Below are positions 9,525-20,732 of a stretch of 64,000 bases of DNA, in pieces (within the stretch, counting starts at the first letter, position 1; each line of letters opens with the position of its first letter). The DNA is from Vairimorpha necatrix. Its lineage: Eukaryota. The DNA lies in the NCBI GenBank assembly GCA_036630325.1, contig CP142728.1:124001-188000 (forward strand), written 5' to 3'. The notes beneath the pieces were generated by a model. That model made no database searches. It saw only the letters and a program-made list of their open reading frames with translations, and was not told the origin of the DNA. Made by a program: the position numbers and the translations under genes.

Positions 9525-12500
9525 ATGATCGAACCAGAAAACGAGGAGACACTGAAAAAATATTCTATCTTTATTGAAAATGATCCAAGAAATTCACCCG
9601 TCAGAAAAAAGAAAAGAAGATTTGTTTATTATCTTCTCTGTATGCTTCTATCTTTTGTTATTTCCAGAGCTGCTCTTATTATATTTTCAATAGCCAGTTT
9701 TGATCTGAAAAATTATGCATTTAATGAAGTCAGATACACCACCGAAAGAGCAAAATCCGTCTATTTAGAAGCATCAACTTACAATGCTTACAGTCCTTTA
9801 AATGCTCAGATTTTAGAAGGGGTAGTAAGTCTTTATTATAATACGAAAGATTCTAATACTAGAGAATTGATGGCACAAATTCATGTACCATTAATACATG
9901 TAGAAAAATATAAGACTTTACAGTTTAAGGGAAATTTAGTATGGAAAAATTTAAGACCAAAAATAATTTATAAACTTATTAGGGATAAAGGAGATGTGAG
10001 TGTGTATTTCGCTGGAAATATTTGGTTCAGATTTTGTTTTATTAAATTTTGGAAATCCCATTCTAGTGAGATAAAATTAAATTATCCTGCAGATTTTATT
10101 TCAGAAAATAAGAAGGATTCTTTCTCAGTTCATGCTAAAGAAATTCGTACAGAAAATTTGGATGATAGGTTGCAAATCGAATTAGAACTAGAAACATGTA
10201 AGTTAAGACTTCCAGATTTTCTTAATGTACAGACAAATGACATATTATTGAATTTTATGAATGATCTTCCTTTTAAAGTAAAAATGCTTAATCAAGAAAT
10301 TGTAAACGGAAAATTGATGAATCCAATAATCTTTCGTCTAGAAGTATTTAAAAAAGATTTCTTCATTTACAGATCATCAATATTTAAGGCTATGAATAAT
10401 CAACCACTTCTTTGGTCGTTAAATTCCTTAGATATTTCAGCTGAAAACCAGGACATAGAAGAGTCTTTTGATATAAATATAGCCGACTGGATACGACACA
10501 GTACTGAGAAAAGCACAAATCCGATAAGTAATTATCCTAAATTTTCTGTAAGTAATATAGAAATAATAGGAAGTACAATCAAAGGTAATCTAACTATAGA
10601 TATCTGTTTATTCCCATACATTACAAATCGAACAAAATTCAAGTTCAAGGAATGCATAAAGAATTTTATTTTACAACAAGAACAAAAAAAACTTGCAACG
10701 ATTAGTTTTGAATTGTTGGAAAAAGAAGAATTCTTAAAGATAAAATGGAAAATAATGTTTTTTGACATAAATAATCTTCCTAAGTTGCTGACAAAAGAAA
10801 TTACCAATTTAAATCTAGTAGATGATAATTCCAAAGGCCTTTTCGAAGGAGAGTCCTTGAATTGGGATGGTAAAAAACTATCTTATTATCACGAAAGAAA
10901 TCAAACTTTGTTGTATACATGTAAAGAAAGCAAAAAGCCATTTCACGCCGAAATAGATCATCATTTATCATCAAACGAAAAAGAAATAAAGTTGAGTTCG
11001 TCGTATCTTTCCACTAAAAAGAACGAAAACTTGTCTCCCTTGATAGAAATAATTATACCGAAACTAGATATAGAAATATTTGATTATGAGAAAAAACTTT
11101 ATCATTTGAATTCTACACTCGTAGAAACTAAGTGTTTAATGTTTGATGATTGTAGTTTTGATGCTTTTTTACACTTCGACACTTTGTTTAACTTAAAGAA
11201 AGATTTGTTTGATCTGAATAAATTAAAGTCACTGGCGTCGGAACAAATGACAATTAAGATTAATAAATCTAAAGAAATTACATTTAAATATAAAGGGACT
11301 ACAGATTCTCAAGCTTCAGACAATAATGATCCAATATTTGATTTAGAAAAATTAGAAATTGAAGTCAAAAAAATAATAAGTTTAGATCCTTTCCGAGTCG
11401 GCCTCAGTGTAAAAAATCCCTTAGAAATTGGAAATACAGGAAATTATAATATGTTCATTTGTAATAGATTTACAGTTAAAAGAGGCCCTCACATTAGGCT
11501 CATTTTTCCTGGTGCAGAATATACAGACAACGAACATGTAAAATTATTGAAAGATATGAAATGTGAAGTAAATTATATAGATGGAAACTTTAAGTTCGGC
11601 ATTGATGAATGCTACCTAGGCTTAGGGCTGTACTCGTCTCAAGAGCTAAGAATTTTAATTTTAGATTTTTTTAAATTTGGAGAAAGTACCAATAAATTAG
11701 GAAATGCAGTTTCCATGCTCTTTAAGAATTTAATGGAGAATACAGACAAGGATTTTGATGCGCCTGTAGTCGTAAAAAGAATTGCGTCTTCTTGTAAAGT
11801 AAATTTGGAAATAAAATCAGATGGATTTTCAGATTACGCGACTACTGATCTTAGTTTCAAAATTGGGTTAAGTCGGGAAATAATAAGCTCTTCTAGAATA
11901 AGAAAATTTAATTTCGACCATACAAGCTTTGTTTATTACAAACCAGATCTTAAGACACAATTAGCGAGGTTTGATATAAGTATTGATTCATCCGATAAAT
12001 CTTATATATATCTTGTTGGAAATATAAGTTTTACACGTAAATTAGTCTCGGAATATCAGTACGGTATATTGACCTGTAATAATCTAGCAAATAAAACTGC
12101 TATAGAGAATAGGAAGAAAGATTTGACTAGAGATGGTTTATTAAATGTAATCAGATCCTTTTTTGTAAACTTATGGTCCAAAGAAAAAGAGAAAGCTCAT
12201 ATCAAAAGTATTTTAACCTCGTTGATAGTTGATGCTTCAAAGGCGAAAATAACTCTCAAAGACAAAATTATGGCTGACAAGGTTTTATTGGCCGTTGAAA
12301 ACTATGGCATAAGAGATTTTATCAGGTACAATTTTGGCATTTTACTTTCAAAAATATTTAAATTCGTCCCTGATAATTTATCTTTAGAACTAAAAGCAAG
12401 TAGAATAGACTTAGCAGCAATGTATGACATCTCCTTTCCTGGGAGTTACCATTTTCAAACATCAATTTTAGATGTGTCATGTAGCCAGAATTTTGAAATG

Positions 12501-13304
12501 GGCGTTCAAATTCCTTATCCCAAGTCAGATGAATTGAACCCTGAGGTAGTTAAGAAATATTATCCAGAAAATATTTTATTTTCTGAAGACAAGATATTTA
12601 ATGATAATTCTACAGACTTGAGCCTTGATGATAAAAATAAACAACTTATCCCTGCTCAAGATAGTACGAAAGATCTAAATCCTAAGTGCTTAGTTTATGG
12701 GACATCAAATGCATATGCACTAGTGATTAGTTTTAGAGTCGAAACGCAGCTTAGTGCCGCCGGCGTAGAATATTTTATAGAAGTTGCCATTCCTAAATCT
12801 CGTTTCATTGAGACTCTTTTCGAATTTATAAAAGAAGTAGACAATCCCCTCGAAGAGAAGATAAGTAAAGCTTCTGCGGGTATTGACGGATTTTCTTTTG
12901 TTTTAGGATTCAATTTGTTTGCCAAATGCCCGCCAAATATAGATTTATTTATTGCTGAACACGCCTTTAAGATGAAAGAAGATGGCTTGTGTTATTATTA
13001 TAGAACTGTAAATGGTGTTTTGACTTGGCCTTTTACATTTTCCAAAGAGTCTATTCGCTTTTTTCTTAATACAGTAAATTTAAAAATTTGGCAAGATGAA
13101 AATACATTAGAGATTAGACTCACAGATAAAGAGAATGAGAATAATACCATAACTTTAAAGTTCATCACCAACATGTTATGCCTATCAAATACATTGTTAA
13201 AATTTGGGGCGTGGATAAAATCGGGTATTTACAAATCTGGGTCGTGGATTGCAAATTTAGTTTCTAGTAGGATACCCAGCAACTGGTTTGCTGATGCTTC
13301 TTAA
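9525..13304 (+). CDS. Large hypothetical protein with an N-terminal type II membrane anchor
   Basis: 1259-aa ORF with CCCC before the ATG. KKKRR is followed by a hydrophobic span, then beta-rich sequence. No family is securely recognised. Confidence 0.8.
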   Translation: MIEPENEETLKKYSIFIENDPRNSPVRKKKRRFVYYLLCMLLSFVISRAALIIFSIASFDLKNYAFNEVRYTTERAKSVYLEASTYNAYSPLNAQILEGVVSLYYNTKDSNTRELMAQIHVPLIHVEKYKTLQFKGNLVWKNLRPKIIYKLIRDKGDVSVYFAGNIWFRFCFIKFWKSHSSEIKLNYPADFISENKKDSFSVHAKEIRTENLDDRLQIELELETCKLRLPDFLNVQTNDILLNFMNDLPFKVKMLNQEIVNGKLMNPIIFRLEVFKKDFFIYRSSIFKAMNNQPLLWSLNSLDISAENQDIEESFDINIADWIRHSTEKSTNPISNYPKFSVSNIEIIGSTIKGNLTIDICLFPYITNRTKFKFKECIKNFILQQEQKKLATISFELLEKEEFLKIKWKIMFFDINNLPKLLTKEITNLNLVDDNSKGLFEGESLNWDGKKLSYYHERNQTLLYTCKESKKPFHAEIDHHLSSNEKEIKLSSSYLSTKKNENLSPLIEIIIPKLDIEIFDYEKKLYHLNSTLVETKCLMFDDCSFDAFLHFDTLFNLKKDLFDLNKLKSLASEQMTIKINKSKEITFKYKGTTDSQASDNNDPIFDLEKLEIEVKKIISLDPFRVGLSVKNPLEIGNTGNYNMFICNRFTVKRGPHIRLIFPGAEYTDNEHVKLLKDMKCEVNYIDGNFKFGIDECYLGLGLYSSQELRILILDFFKFGESTNKLGNAVSMLFKNLMENTDKDFDAPVVVKRIASSCKVNLEIKSDGFSDYATTDLSFKIGLSREIISSSRIRKFNFDHTSFVYYKPDLKTQLARFDISIDSSDKSYIYLVGNISFTRKLVSEYQYGILTCNNLANKTAIENRKKDLTRDGLLNVIRSFFVNLWSKEKEKAHIKSILTSLIVDASKAKITLKDKIMADKVLLAVENYGIRDFIRYNFGILLSKIFKFVPDNLSLELKASRIDLAAMYDISFPGSYHFQTSILDVSCSQNFEMGVQIPYPKSDELNPEVVKKYYPENILFSEDKIFNDNSTDLSLDDKNKQLIPAQDSTKDLNPKCLVYGTSNAYALVISFRVETQLSAAGVEYFIEVAIPKSRFIETLFEFIKEVDNPLEEKISKASAGIDGFSFVLGFNLFAKCPPNIDLFIAEHAFKMKEDGLCYYYRTVNGVLTWPFTFSKESIRFFLNTVNLKIWQDENTLEIRLTDKENENNTITLKFITNMLCLSNTLLKFGAWIKSGIYKSGSWIANLVSSRIPSNWFADAS

Positions 13305-13716
13305 GAGAATATGAGCGAAGTGTAGGAATAATACAATCAGCAAATTAAATTATTTATCAATATATCAATGTAAATAAAATCTTTTATTAAAGCTTTATTT
13401 ATTTTATATGATTCCAGATATAAATGTTCATAACAGTTTTTGCTTACAAAATCATTATACTTCTTACATGATCAAGAAATATAAGAGTATGCAAATGGTC
13501 GTCTTAATTAAAATTTAGTAATTCCATCAGTTGTACATTGTATTTAGATTTTGAAGCACTCTGGTCTTTATTGCGAATTTTTATAAACATCTTGTAAGCC
13601 TAAACTTTATTTTTTTTTCTGTCATAAAAATGCCTATTTTTTAAAAGAAGATTTATCGCGAAGAAAAAATGATTCATAAACATAAATCTCAATATATGTT
13701 ATGATCTAAAGCACAT

Positions 13717-14793
13717 ACAAAGATAGTGCCGTTAGATAGGATAATGAACGAACTCTGTATGAATAAGGTTCACGTACAGGCGGCCCTAAATAGATTTAGG
13801 GCATTAAGGAAGTGGAAACACGATAAACCCATTATCTCGGAATTTATTAACCAACCTCCGAGGGAAAGGAAAACAACGTGGAGTTAGAGGACTAGACGTT
13901 GGTGTAAGAGATATATCGGGAACGATTATTAAAGCATTGCCTACATTATAGGCAAGAACAAGATTTTAGAGGTACTTAAGGCAAGGGGTTCCTACAACAC
14001 CACTTAGGTGCTCTAGTAGCAGATAAGTATGGAATCTGTGACTCGCAGATTAAACACATACTATCAAAAGTAAACAACGGGGAGATCAGGAATTACACTA
14101 GGCTTTGGTGTAATTTAGTCAGATGGTCTTCTGCTTTGGCTAATGCCAACAGAATCCCTCCTTTTTATAGGACTCATTGTTTCCTATGTGAGGGAGAACG
14201 AGAAGACCTTGAACACTTCTTGTTAGACTGTCCCGACGCTCTCTAACACAAGATCTCTATATGAGAATAGAATATCTAGTTGAGATCTTCAACTCAAACA
14301 AAAGAGGAGCTAGTTAAGATGATTATTGGTAACATCAATGGCATCAAAGCTTCTTTTGATAAAAGGTAGTCTCTACTTGTAAGAGTAGAGTTCTTAGACA
14401 AGATGATTGTACAACGATATATCGTTATACGAGAAAAGGAAAGGCTTGTAAGCCAGAACAGATCTAGAGAAATCTAGAAGAAAAAAAAATCACACTTTTA
14501 CCTGGGGGAGGTATGGCAAGCTGCTGGTGCCGTAGCATTTACGTTGAACTAGTTAGGTTCTTAACTGACGAGTAGGTCAGACGTGTTATTCTCTTAGAAC
14601 CCTGCTGAACGCAGGTCACAGACAGGAATGTTTGTGGTTCTAATCCCAAGGAATATTTTTTCTCCTACAAGCAAGGCCTTTATGGTATGCTGGTGTGTAT
14701 CACAAGTTATTGGATGTTGAAGTTTTTATTTGCTTGGTGGCTTTTCTTTAATAACAATAAAAGTTTTTTAGTTTTTAGTTTTGTTTTTTTTTT
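13717..14793 (+). mobile_element. 5'-truncated non-LTR retrotransposon (LINE) with target-site duplication
   Basis: GATCTAAAGCACAT at 13703-13716 and 14794-14807. Degenerate ORF2 C-terminus (ELCMNKVHVQAALNRFRALRKW...RKTTW...RWCKRY; CFLCEGEREDLEHFLLDC zinc knuckle). AATAAA followed by a T-rich tail. Confidence 0.85.
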
Positions 14794-15049
14794 GATCTAA
14801 AGCACATGTTGATATCAAAAGAACCGCATTTAAAATTGAAAACCAGTATTGAAAAAGCACGCTAACATATAAAATATAATATAGGCCTTAAAAAGAAAAA
14901 TAGAATGCAAAAATTTTTAGTTAAATTTCATCCCTCAAATATATAGAAAATATATTTACTCTAAGAACCTTACAGTCTATGTTTTTTTTTCATTTCTTGT
15001 TTTGTAGAAGTTTTTTCCTGGCTTTTGGTATCGTGCTTTCATAAAAGAT

Positions 15050-16100
15050 TGAAAAAAATTGATTTTTTAAACACATCAAAAGCGAAGTATAACTTGATGT
15101 TTTGATTTTAACTCTTTTTTTAATGAAGAATTAATACCTTCCGCTTCATTATTTCTAAATGGTGTATCAAGTATCCTCCTCTTCTTCATATAATAAAATA
15201 GAAATTAGTTCTATTTAACCAATTTGTTGTAATAAAATTTAACTGTATCTTCACTATTCATAGCATATTAACCTAACTAAATATTTGAAGGTAATAATTT
15301 TTTTTTTCTTTAATTGTCATTAAACAAAGGAGACATCTAAAAAGAATCTATATCGTATCAATTTTGTGTTTTAGAGACTTTTAATTGTTTAAACAATTTA
15401 TACTTTTCTGTAAATAATGAGCTAGACAAAATCTTATTCTAGTGTCTATCCAGACACTGTATAATGCTTTGTGTATTGTTAACCTAAAGACTACTATGCT
15501 TTTTTATTTTTTTATACATTTACCAGATTGAATATTATAAAAGCTTTCACATATGTTTCATATTATCAATTTAGAAGAAAAAAGATATTTACCGATAAAT
15601 CTTTTAAGAAATGGGTAATATGTCAAAGAAGAAGAGTCATTGTATTATATAATTACAAAGACTTCTATTTCTGTAGTTGTTTATATTTTTACCAGACCAG
15701 CATGCTACTACCGACTAAAATTCTTACTATTTCTCACGCTTTATGGATTTAGGTTGAATTCTCGTCTTCACTGATTATTTTCGATTTTTACTAGAGTAGC
15801 TAAAATTTCGAGCTATTTCGTGTCCATTTATAATTCTTACCTTTGTGTTCCGTGTGCTTTATAGTAATCGTCTTTCTAAAACATAGAGCATTGATGTTGT
15901 TACACATACAATTTCATTTTTAGTTTTTTTTGCTCTAAAGTCTACCTATTTAATATGCTTTATTTCCAGATAGTATGTTAATTTGGGATAAACTTAATCT
16001 TTATGTTTATGTTTTTCAAAAGAGTTTGTTTAATTTGATATAATTGTAATGCCTATACCTCCATTGTAATTCTCTAAAACGCTGGCCATTTTATAAATTA
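15050..16100 (-). pseudogene. Possible highly decayed LTR-retrotransposon protease/RT remnant
   Basis: Only weak fragmentary similarities on the minus strand (INGHEI, NIISE, IDT, IKLYF), with many stops. Boundaries are approximate. Confidence 0.2.
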
Positions 16101-16599
16101 ATTTACAATATATTCTTTAATGTATGTAAACCATTTTTATTGCTTAATAGAAATACTTCATTCCTTATATTTTATCTTGCCTTTCTTTCTGATCTTTAAT
16201 CTTCATTTAATTTCATTTTTATAAGTTTTTTAACGACAATATATCGTAAAATTTAGTGTAAAAAGGTTTTCTTAGATGTATGCAAAAAGTAAAATTACAC
16301 TTAAATATTTTAAAGATTATTTTACTAATATATTGCCATAGGTTGCGATATGGGTTTTGTTCATTTCGTACTTCATTAAAAATTTTCACGGCACGTTAGT
16401 AGACATTTTCGCCGACATGTTTATTAAAATTTTTTTTATAGTTTATTTTTAAGATATCTAAGACATCTCACAAAGCGTACAGGTATACTAAAATAATGCT
16501 GTATAGTTTCATAATATTTACTTTTGGTTTATAAAGGCATCCAATCACAGAAATAATGACGTAGTACAATCTCGATACGCACTATATGAGATAATAAGA

Positions 16600-17850
16600 A
16601 TCTTTTGTGAACCATTTGCGCTCGGCAACTTTTATTATAATTTCGAAACTAGAAAAACTAAGCCGGGCAGGTTCTTGAAACCTCATTTATGAAAAAAAAA
16701 ATATGTCAAAATACGTAGCCACGAAGCCAAAACATTTTTTAAGAAGCATTTTTTTTCAAAAACTGCTACACATATATATCTGATACAGATAAAAAATATA
16801 ACAAATTTTTAAGCTTATAAACGAAGTCTTGTTAAAAAAACATTATGACTAAAGAGTAACTCTTATATACTCAAAAAGGTAATATTCTAGCTATTTTACC
16901 ACGAGACGATTAAATTTTGATACAAAAATAGCTTTTTTCTGTTTCACGAACAGGAACACAAGCCTTGGCGAAGATAGCAATTTGTGTGGACTTCGCCACA
17001 GGAATATAATTTTAGAACAACGAAGAATTCTTGCACTGTCGCAAAGAAAGTAGATTATATATTGATCGTATATTTGTACTCGACTTTACAAGTCAGCAAT
17101 ATGCATCCCGCCTATATTTTTCAAAAAAAAAGATAACACTTGGTCCAGAAAAATATAGCTTACGTACAGGATGAGATTTGAGTTGACAATGTGATTTAAT
17201 CTAAGAAAATAACTTATAATCGCCTGAAATTATAATTTTAAAAGTATTAACTCTAAATAGATGATAATTTAATAATCGACATGCGGTAGAACTTAAAATA
17301 AATATAAACACGACCCACTAGGAAATTACAGGGCTGCTCTCGACAGCATCAATCCAAAAATCATTCCCAATGGTAATGCTTAATACGACGTAAAAAAAAA
17401 TTCTCGCACACACATAAGAGCTATGATTAGAATCATAAACGGAAGATATATCTAGGCAAGTGCAATCAATGATCTTATACCATACTTTTCTTATAGATAT
17501 AATTTATGCTCATCAGAAACTAGTACATGATCACAAAAAAAGTCATGGTCTTATAGGCTATTTAAGGATACTGAGCATATCTGCGAAAGTTGAATAATAT
17601 GAATAGCTGCTACATAATAAATTAAATTATTTAAAACCGAAGCATTACCAAGCGTAAAATATAATGTTGCAGATGTAAGAATCAGTGCACGAAAAAACAT
17701 GTTTTTTAATAGATAGTAAGCATTCATAACTTGTTACGAACTGTGCTCGGCATTTTTTCTGCTCAGAACCCCATCACACAAATTTGCGCATTTTATTTAA
17801 CACTTTAAAGTCTAATAACGCGGCCATCTAATTGTATTTGTTTGAATAAA
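16600..17850 (+). pseudogene. Degenerate MULE/Mutator-type transposase remnant
   Basis: Fragments in the expected order: LYIDRIF (cf. YIDGTF), TYNRL, ASIQKSFP (cf. AIxxxFP), EPHHTNLRILFNTLK (cf. xHPNIxxLIxxLK). Heavily frameshifted; boundaries are approximate. Confidence 0.4.
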
Positions 17851-17954
17851 TTTATTTAAGAATGAAATTTAAAAAAGATATCGCAGCTCAGAGGCAATTA
17901 AATCTCCGTGTACCGTAATCTAAGTATTTTACCCTATTAATCAGGGATTACTTA

Positions 17955-19085
17955 CAGGGGGGTTCATTTTTAGTACAATTCTTGCATTTTAATAGTATTT
18001 TTTATAAAAACCTCTCTTATACCTAGAAAATCAAGAGCAACCGCCACGCCGGGTGTCTTAAAGCAGACGTAAAAACAAATAAAAAATAAAACATGAGCAT
18101 AAAAACATTTTACAACATTAAATTTAAGTTTTATTAGTATGAAAAATTCATAGTAAAATGTAGGACGAATAATCTAATTTTTTTTAAAAGCAATAAATCG
18201 TTCGAAAAATTTTATCTCCGCAAGTATTAACCCCATTTGATCTTGTTAAAAAAATCTTTACGCTGTTTTACTACATGACTCACGGCGAAATAAAGATCAA
18301 CTTAATACAGAGCGAATATTTAAATGTCGTTCTCGACCACTTCAAAGACGTTGAAATATTTAAATATTACAAGAAAAAGATCATCTCGGATTTCTGCAGA
18401 GCGTAATTAACAGGACAAAAATGTTAAAGGAGTTGAATATGCCCTTGAAATTGTAGGTTATAAACTGAAATTTTGATTTTTGCGAGTGTAAATTATAATA
18501 CCCATACTGAAAAGCATTATGAATTTCAAAAATAAAAAAGCATTTTAAACAGTCCCACAAATTCAAAAGAAAATCTGAGTTATCTTTCCGTGATTTCTAA
18601 ATCGAGTCTATTGCATACGAAATGAAATGAAGCGCGTATAATGCTGTTCTTTTCATCATGTTATATAAAAAATCTTGTGGATTTTTTCCGAGCGAATTTT
18701 TAAAAGATTTTAGTATGGATAATGCTAAATTTCATCATTCAAAAGTTTTTTTAGGTAAACCAAGAAAATTAGTCATTTCTTATGTTTTTTTTTGCCCCAT
18801 ATTCCCCACGGCTTTGTCTATTTAAAATCTTTTTGCTAGATAAAATCGAAGCTAAAGCTATACAAAATTCAAATAATAGCTAAAAACAGATTTCGAACAA
18901 TAATTTCAGAATATAGATTTAACACTTATATACTAATTATGTCAAAAAAATGAATTCTACCAATCAAATGAGGTTGTATATTATTTTACACATATTTGTA
19001 TTAATGGTTCGAAAGATCAAATTCGGCAGTTTCAATCAAAACTATAAAAATGCAAAAGTTGGACTATAAAAATGCAAATCCCATG
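17955..19085 (+). mobile_element. Degenerate Tc1/mariner-IS630 DNA transposon with ~45-bp imperfect TIRs and TA duplication
   Basis: Left TA|CAGGGGGGTTCATTTTTAGTACAATTCTTGCATTTTAATAGT versus right (reverse complement) TA|CATGGGATTTGCATTTTTATAGTCCAACTTTTGCATTTTTATAGT. Internal MDNAKFHHS (18715) and an LPPYSP-like frameshifted motif (~18792). Confidence 0.85.
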
Positions 19086-19151
19086 TACTTATAAATATTA
19101 ATAAGTACACAAAACATATTTAAAAAAGAGTAAATTTTTTTATATAATTCC

Positions 19152-20426
19152 TTATCCCGTCTCATTTAAATTCACACTCTCTAATTCTTCAAGTGTAAAC
19201 CTCTTGCTCACTGTTCCCAGTTGATGTTGCACTTCCAAATAATCTTCAAGTTCTTTTTGCCCAGTAATCATGTCAATTACAAAGCCCGTCTTCCCGAATC
19301 TCCCCGCTCTACCTATTCTGTGGATATAAGTTTCAGAATTAAACACTTTTTCTACATAGGGCAGATCGTAGTTTATTATTAAGTTTACTTGAGGAATATC
19401 CATTCCTCTTGAGAAGACATCTGTACAAATTAATATTTTAGTAGTAGAAGATTTAAAATCTCGAACTACTTCGTCTCTCTCTTCTAAAGTCAAGTCTCCA
19501 TGTAAAATGCCCACTGAATTCGAGTCATCGATCAGAATCTGCTCTAATTTCTTTATAGTAGCCTTTCTTGATACAAATACGATGACTTGACCTACTGTCA
19601 ATAATTCAAAAAGGGATTTCAGAGCTCTAATCCTCTCCTTATGATAAATATCCAAGTGATACAACTTAATCTCATCAGGCTTGGCATTCTTAGCCTCGTA
19701 GAGTTCCGAGCATTCAGGCGCGTAAGCTGAAATTGTCTTCTTTATTTCGTCATTATAAGTGGCACTAATAAAAACCTTCTGGGCTCCCTCAAAGGCCTTT
19801 AAAAGTCTAAATGTTTGTGATCCCATGGTAGTCTTTTCTAATAACATGTCTGTCTCGTCTAATACAAAGATCTTTATATTTCTATTATCTAATTGTCTTC
19901 TAGTACATAAATTTAATATTGACCCAGGACTGCCTAATACAATCTCTTGATTTAATTTATCAGCTTGTTTATCTCGTAAAGCAAGAAATGTTTTAATATT
20001 TGTGTATCTTGTTACTTTACAAATCTCATTATAAATTTGCATGTTTAATTCTCTAGTCGGGCTTAAAATGACTGCTTGTACGCCCTTGCCTTCTTCTATT
20101 TGTGTCAGTATACCAATAACAAAAGCCAGAGTTTTACCAGTACCACTTTGGCTTTGTACTACAATGTCTACTTTGGCTTTTATACCTGGGATGACTGTCT
20201 TTTGGATTTTACTTGGTTTTGTGTAGCCTTCCTCGTACAGGGCTTTCTGGATGTTATCGCCTAATTCTAGAGACTCAAAAGATTCTAGAGCTAGAAATTT
20301 CTGAGTATTTACCATTTGGAATTCTGGATCTTGTTTTGAGGTATTTTGAATGTCAGTGTCTCTTTTTATTTCTTCAAAGAGTTCTTTGGCTACGTCGTAA
20401 GCACTTTGAATTGTTTGAGAATTCAT
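19152..20426 (-). CDS. DBP5: DEAD-box mRNA export helicase Dbp5/DDX19
   Basis: KPSKIQ, QSQSGTGKT, PTREL, DETD (motif II variant), SAT, RGMD and ETYIHRIGRAGRFG. Confidence 0.9.
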   Translation of the reverse strand: MNSQTIQSAYDVAKELFEEIKRDTDIQNTSKQDPEFQMVNTQKFLALESFESLELGDNIQKALYEEGYTKPSKIQKTVIPGIKAKVDIVVQSQSGTGKTLAFVIGILTQIEEGKGVQAVILSPTRELNMQIYNEICKVTRYTNIKTFLALRDKQADKLNQEIVLGSPGSILNLCTRRQLDNRNIKIFVLDETDMLLEKTTMGSQTFRLLKAFEGAQKVFISATYNDEIKKTISAYAPECSELYEAKNAKPDEIKLYHLDIYHKERIRALKSLFELLTVGQVIVFVSRKATIKKLEQILIDDSNSVGILHGDLTLEERDEVVRDFKSSTTKILICTDVFSRGMDIPQVNLIINYDLPYVEKVFNSETYIHRIGRAGRFGKTGFVIDMITGQKELEDYLEVQHQLGTVSKRFTLEELESVNLNETG

Positions 20427-20732
20427 GGGGTAAAAAATTGGCGATCAAAAAATTTACCGCATAAACAAGCATAAATTTAATAACTAAAAGATGTTATGTC
20501 GCATCAAATTATTATCTTTAATTAACCACGGACTTTTTATATTCATATTTGACATAGACTTCTAAAATCATATGTTTTATAATAATAAATTGTACATATG
20601 ATGTTTAATTGGACATAGACTTATTAAGGCAATTTTAAATCAACACAATTTAAAATTAAAAACATATTGTTTATGATACAGAATATTACAATACATGTTT
20701 TACAAATATTTTATTTAGATTTTTCTTACCCC

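Noticed and set aside
14493-14520. ACTTTTACCTGGGGGAG resembles the U1 snRNA 5' end (ACTTACCTGG)
   Set aside because: It lies inside a TSD-bounded LINE 3' UTR, and no U1-70K loop (GATCAC), U1A loop (TGCAC) or clear Sm site follows.
14565-14600. CTGACGAG as a hammerhead ribozyme core
   Set aside because: No GAAA follows a stem II; CTGAC instead pairs with GTCAG.
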